DNA of 64,000 bases from Bacteroidaceae bacterium (GTDB taxonomy: Bacteria > Bacteroidota > Bacteroidia > Bacteroidales > Bacteroidaceae). The translations under genes were made by a program, and so were the position numbers. The stretch is taken from contig JAFTXN010000001.1 in NCBI GenBank assembly GCA_017461605.1, forward strand, positions 117,371 through 181,370, given 5' to 3'. The notes beneath the pieces were generated by a model. That model did no database searches and was not told the DNA's origin. It saw only the letters and a program-made list of their open reading frames with translations. Numbering within the stretch: position 1 is the first letter of the stretch; each line of letters starts with the position of its first letter. Shown here in pieces: positions 61,304-64,000 of this stretch.

Positions 61304-62719
61304 ATGAACAAATTTCTACTCACTCTCATGGGTGTCATGATGTTCTCGCTCGCTTCCACCGCGATGGCACAGGAGACAGAATACACCGTTAAAGTGTACA
61401 ACTTTTCCAATTCCGGTGAAGAGGAAGCATTGCGCGAACTCTACGATGGTACCTACGGCTGTACTTTCACCATGGTTTCGGGCAACGGCGAGTGGGCCAC
61501 CGGTTATAGCGAAGACTGGAACCGTGGCCTCATCTGGAACCGCAATGACGGAAAATTCAAGCAAATCACAGGTTCACTCGACGACGAGTGTCTGGCATAC
61601 GGTGTCAGCAACGACGGCACCGTGTGTGGCATCTACAAGGACGACAACAACGGCGCTGTGGCCTCCGGTGGTGTGGGCTATATGGTTCCCGGCCTTTGGA
61701 AAGACGGCGTATGGACTCCGCTCGAGCTGGCCGTGCCCAAATCGGAAGGCGATGTCAACGGCGAAGCCCGCTGGATTTCGAGCGACGGACGCATCGTTAC
61801 CGGTTACATTCGCGACTACTTCATGCGCGATACCGACGGCAACGGACAGCTGAAGAAGAAAACCCCTTACCGTGTTTGCGTATGGATTGACGGAAAACTG
61901 CAACCCAAACCCGACAATGCCCCCAATGGCGACGCTTTCGGTCAAGGCTACTACACACTCTACCCCTCCTCTGAGGACGGCAGCGTAATCGCCGGCTACT
62001 ACGAGCACCCCACCGGAACACGCGCTCCGGCCATTTGGATCAACAACGAACTGCGCCTCATCTATGGTCAGGAAGACATCGACATCAATCTGGAAGACCA
62101 GTATTGGTACGACGGACACACTACCTGCGTTTCGCCCAACGGCAAGTGGGCCGCCGGCTACTTCTCTCCCACCGGAACCTACTATGACAACATCGACTTC
62201 TATCACGATATCGAGAACAACATCACCACTGAGTTTATCGGTGGCGATCCCTCATATATCATGAACGACCGCACCTTGTTCTATGTAGGTGGTGTGATGT
62301 ATCCCGATGGCACTCAAACCACCGTGCCCGAATGGTTGACCAGCCGCTACGGCTCTGCCGGCGATGGTTCCGAACTGCCTCAATACATTCTCTCCGTTTC
62401 GCACGACGGAAAGACCTTGGCCGGCTGGTATCCCTCCTATTTCGAAGGTGGCAGAAGCATGTTGCCCTCCGTCATCAGCGTTACCGGCGGCACCGATGCC
62501 ATCAACAGCGCCACCCACGATGCTTCCGAGGTCGTGATGCGTTATGGCGTAGCCATGGCCGACGGTGCTGAGAAGATCGAACTCTTCGATGCCGAAGGCC
62601 GTCGTTTGGCAGCCGCCAACACCAGCGCCATCACTCTGAACGGACAGCGCGGTGTGGTAATCGCCAAAGCCACTTACAAAGGTGGCGTGGTGAAGTCGGC
62701 CAAATTCAACTTGAAGTAA
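61304..62719 (+). CDS. Secreted beta-propeller (HAF-like repeat) protein with probable T9SS C-terminal domain
   Basis: Signal peptide; repeats VSNDGTVCG, ISSDGRIVTG, SEDGSVIAG, VSPNGKWAAG, VSHDGKTLAG; tail IELFDAEGRRL...GVVIAK...KFNLK. Confidence 0.8.
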   Translation: MNKFLLTLMGVMMFSLASTAMAQETEYTVKVYNFSNSGEEEALRELYDGTYGCTFTMVSGNGEWATGYSEDWNRGLIWNRNDGKFKQITGSLDDECLAYGVSNDGTVCGIYKDDNNGAVASGGVGYMVPGLWKDGVWTPLELAVPKSEGDVNGEARWISSDGRIVTGYIRDYFMRDTDGNGQLKKKTPYRVCVWIDGKLQPKPDNAPNGDAFGQGYYTLYPSSEDGSVIAGYYEHPTGTRAPAIWINNELRLIYGQEDIDINLEDQYWYDGHTTCVSPNGKWAAGYFSPTGTYYDNIDFYHDIENNITTEFIGGDPSYIMNDRTLFYVGGVMYPDGTQTTVPEWLTSRYGSAGDGSELPQYILSVSHDGKTLAGWYPSYFEGGRSMLPSVISVTGGTDAINSATHDASEVVMRYGVAMADGAEKIELFDAEGRRLAAANTSAITLNGQRGVVIAKATYKGGVVKSAKFNLK

Positions 62720-62737
62720 CTACAACACACATCACAT

Positions 62738-62774
62738 AGGGGACGTTTCGGCTGCGGTCGGATGCGTCCCCTTT
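62738..62774 (+). terminator. Terminator
   Basis: AGGGGACG...CGTCCCCT followed by TT. Confidence 0.6.
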
Positions 62775-62822
62775 CACGCTTCTATGGTCCGGCTACTACG
62801 GCTAAAAAATGTAACCCGTTTC

Positions 62823-63138
62823 TACCCCCTCTGCCCTACGGGCATCTCCCCTGCTCCAGGGGCGAAACCCCATCCGGTCCTTAATCTAGCCGGAATGATT
62901 TGCAACGCAGCGTTCGAACAATCCGCACGGCAGCTGCTCCCCTAAGGTAGGGGAGCTCCCGGAACGGGTGAGGGGTATGAACAAACGGGAACGAGTAAGC
63001 AGCATGGGAACTCTCTCACCTGCTCATACCCCCTCCGCTTCGCTCGTCCCCCTACCTTAGGGGGACAGCCCCTCCGGATGGAACTCCAAATGGGGCTCAG
63101 CAAGCGAACAGGCCGGAACGGGTGAGGAGTACGAACAA
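62823..63138. repeat. Cluster of alternating-orientation GC-rich palindromic (REP/BoxC-like) units
   Basis: Units at 62823 (+), 62934 (-), 63024 (+) and a partial one at 63113 (-), with TACCCC(C)TC...TCCCCTACCTTAGGGG structure. Confidence 0.75.
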
Positions 63139-63183
63139 CCTAACAAACCAAGCAACAGGAAACATTCAATCTATCTTCATCAC

Positions 63184-64000
63184 ATGAAACGCCATCACCT
63201 GAGCATCTTTCTGCTGCTCCTCCTTAGCTTGACGGCATCGGCACAGGGCGACTCCATCAATCTGGGCAATTGCACCAAGAACGTTGTGCTGTACGAACCG
63301 CTCGACTCGAAAACTGCACCGGGAGGCTCGGCTTTGTTCTATTCCGCCGAAGCCATGCAGAAATATGCCGGATGCCAAATCACAAACATCGTGCTCTTTC
63401 CCAGCAACTGGCGAAGCGTGACCTCGCTGCAGGTATTCATCTCGCGCAGCTTGTCAGAGCCTTTCGACTATACACAGGAGGTGCAACTCGACCACGGCAA
63501 CTGGGTGAACGTACCGCTCAACACACCCTACCACATCGACGGAGGCGACATCTACATCGGTTTCTTGATAAAAGGCACTTCCAATCTCGTCTATACCAAG
63601 CCCAAAGAGAAAGGTACGGAGTATATCTGCCTCAGTCCGAGCAAGGGATGGCAACCCAACAACAACGGTTACAGCGCCGCCCTCTATGCCGTGGTGCGTG
63701 CCGGCAAGGATGCCCCACTGCCCACCCACAATGCCCGCATCAAGGACGTGAAGTTCCCACCGTGTGCTCGTTTGGGACAATCGTTGCCCGTGCAGGCCAC
63801 CATCGGCAACATGGGGCTGAGCACCATCGAGAGCCTGACAGTGAAATACAACGTGGGCGACCGCAGCTATCAGGAAGAAATCAAGGGACTCGACATTCCG
63901 GCCGCCGCAGAGCAGACACTCACACTCACCTGCCCGGCATGGGAGGAAGAGGGCGAGCACGCTTTCAGCATCACCATCACTTCGGTCAATGGTTCCGGCG
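63184..64000 (+). CDS. Secreted protein, truncated by the window end (possible T9SS cargo, Omp28/CARDB-like region)
   Basis: Open frame from ATG 63184 to the window end: MKRHHLSIFLLLLLSLTASAQ..., GNWVNVPLNTPYHIDG..IYIGF, IGNMGLSTIESLTV.Y. Absent from the ORF track because it has no stop in the window. Confidence 0.8.
   Translation, partial: MKRHHLSIFLLLLLSLTASAQGDSINLGNCTKNVVLYEPLDSKTAPGGSALFYSAEAMQKYAGCQITNIVLFPSNWRSVTSLQVFISRSLSEPFDYTQEVQLDHGNWVNVPLNTPYHIDGGDIYIGFLIKGTSNLVYTKPKEKGTEYICLSPSKGWQPNNNGYSAALYAVVRAGKDAPLPTHNARIKDVKFPPCARLGQSLPVQATIGNMGLSTIESLTVKYNVGDRSYQEEIKGLDIPAAAEQTLTLTCPAWEEEGEHAFSITITSVNGSG

Overview
A 64-kb chromosomal segment from a Bacteroidales bacterium, probably Prevotellaceae-like (inferred from gene content, TAnnTTTG promoter boxes and T9SS genes). 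It is mostly housekeeping: the tail of an AT-rich polysaccharide locus, parA-parB-DUF5683-mltD-relA, surE-lpxB-pyrE-priA, glyQS, ahcY-yfhO, rnhA, argS, miaB, leuS, rdgB-porZ, four FKBP PPIases, topB, rimP-nusA-infB-cvpA-sufB, rnr, tsaE and two secreted proteins. I found no rRNA, tRNA, CRISPR array, transposase or integrase. The unexplained signal is intergenic. (1) At least nine spacers carry arrays of 21-bp modules (5-bp arm, asymmetric 5-bp core, 5-bp arm, 6-bp A/T linker), usually as 57-bp triplets whose cores point in different directions in different copies, sometimes joined in exact 21-bp phase into 9-10 module mosaics. (2) An ~85-bp dispersed element ending in a Bacteroidetes sigma-A type promoter lies upstream of argS, leuS, the FKBP operon and tsaE. 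(3) There is a BIME-like palindrome cluster. Also notable are an AT-rich two-gene islet, a predicted exported zinc-finger-like protein inserted after infB, and a sufB with no adjacent sufCD. All calls were made by eye from motifs; no searches were run.
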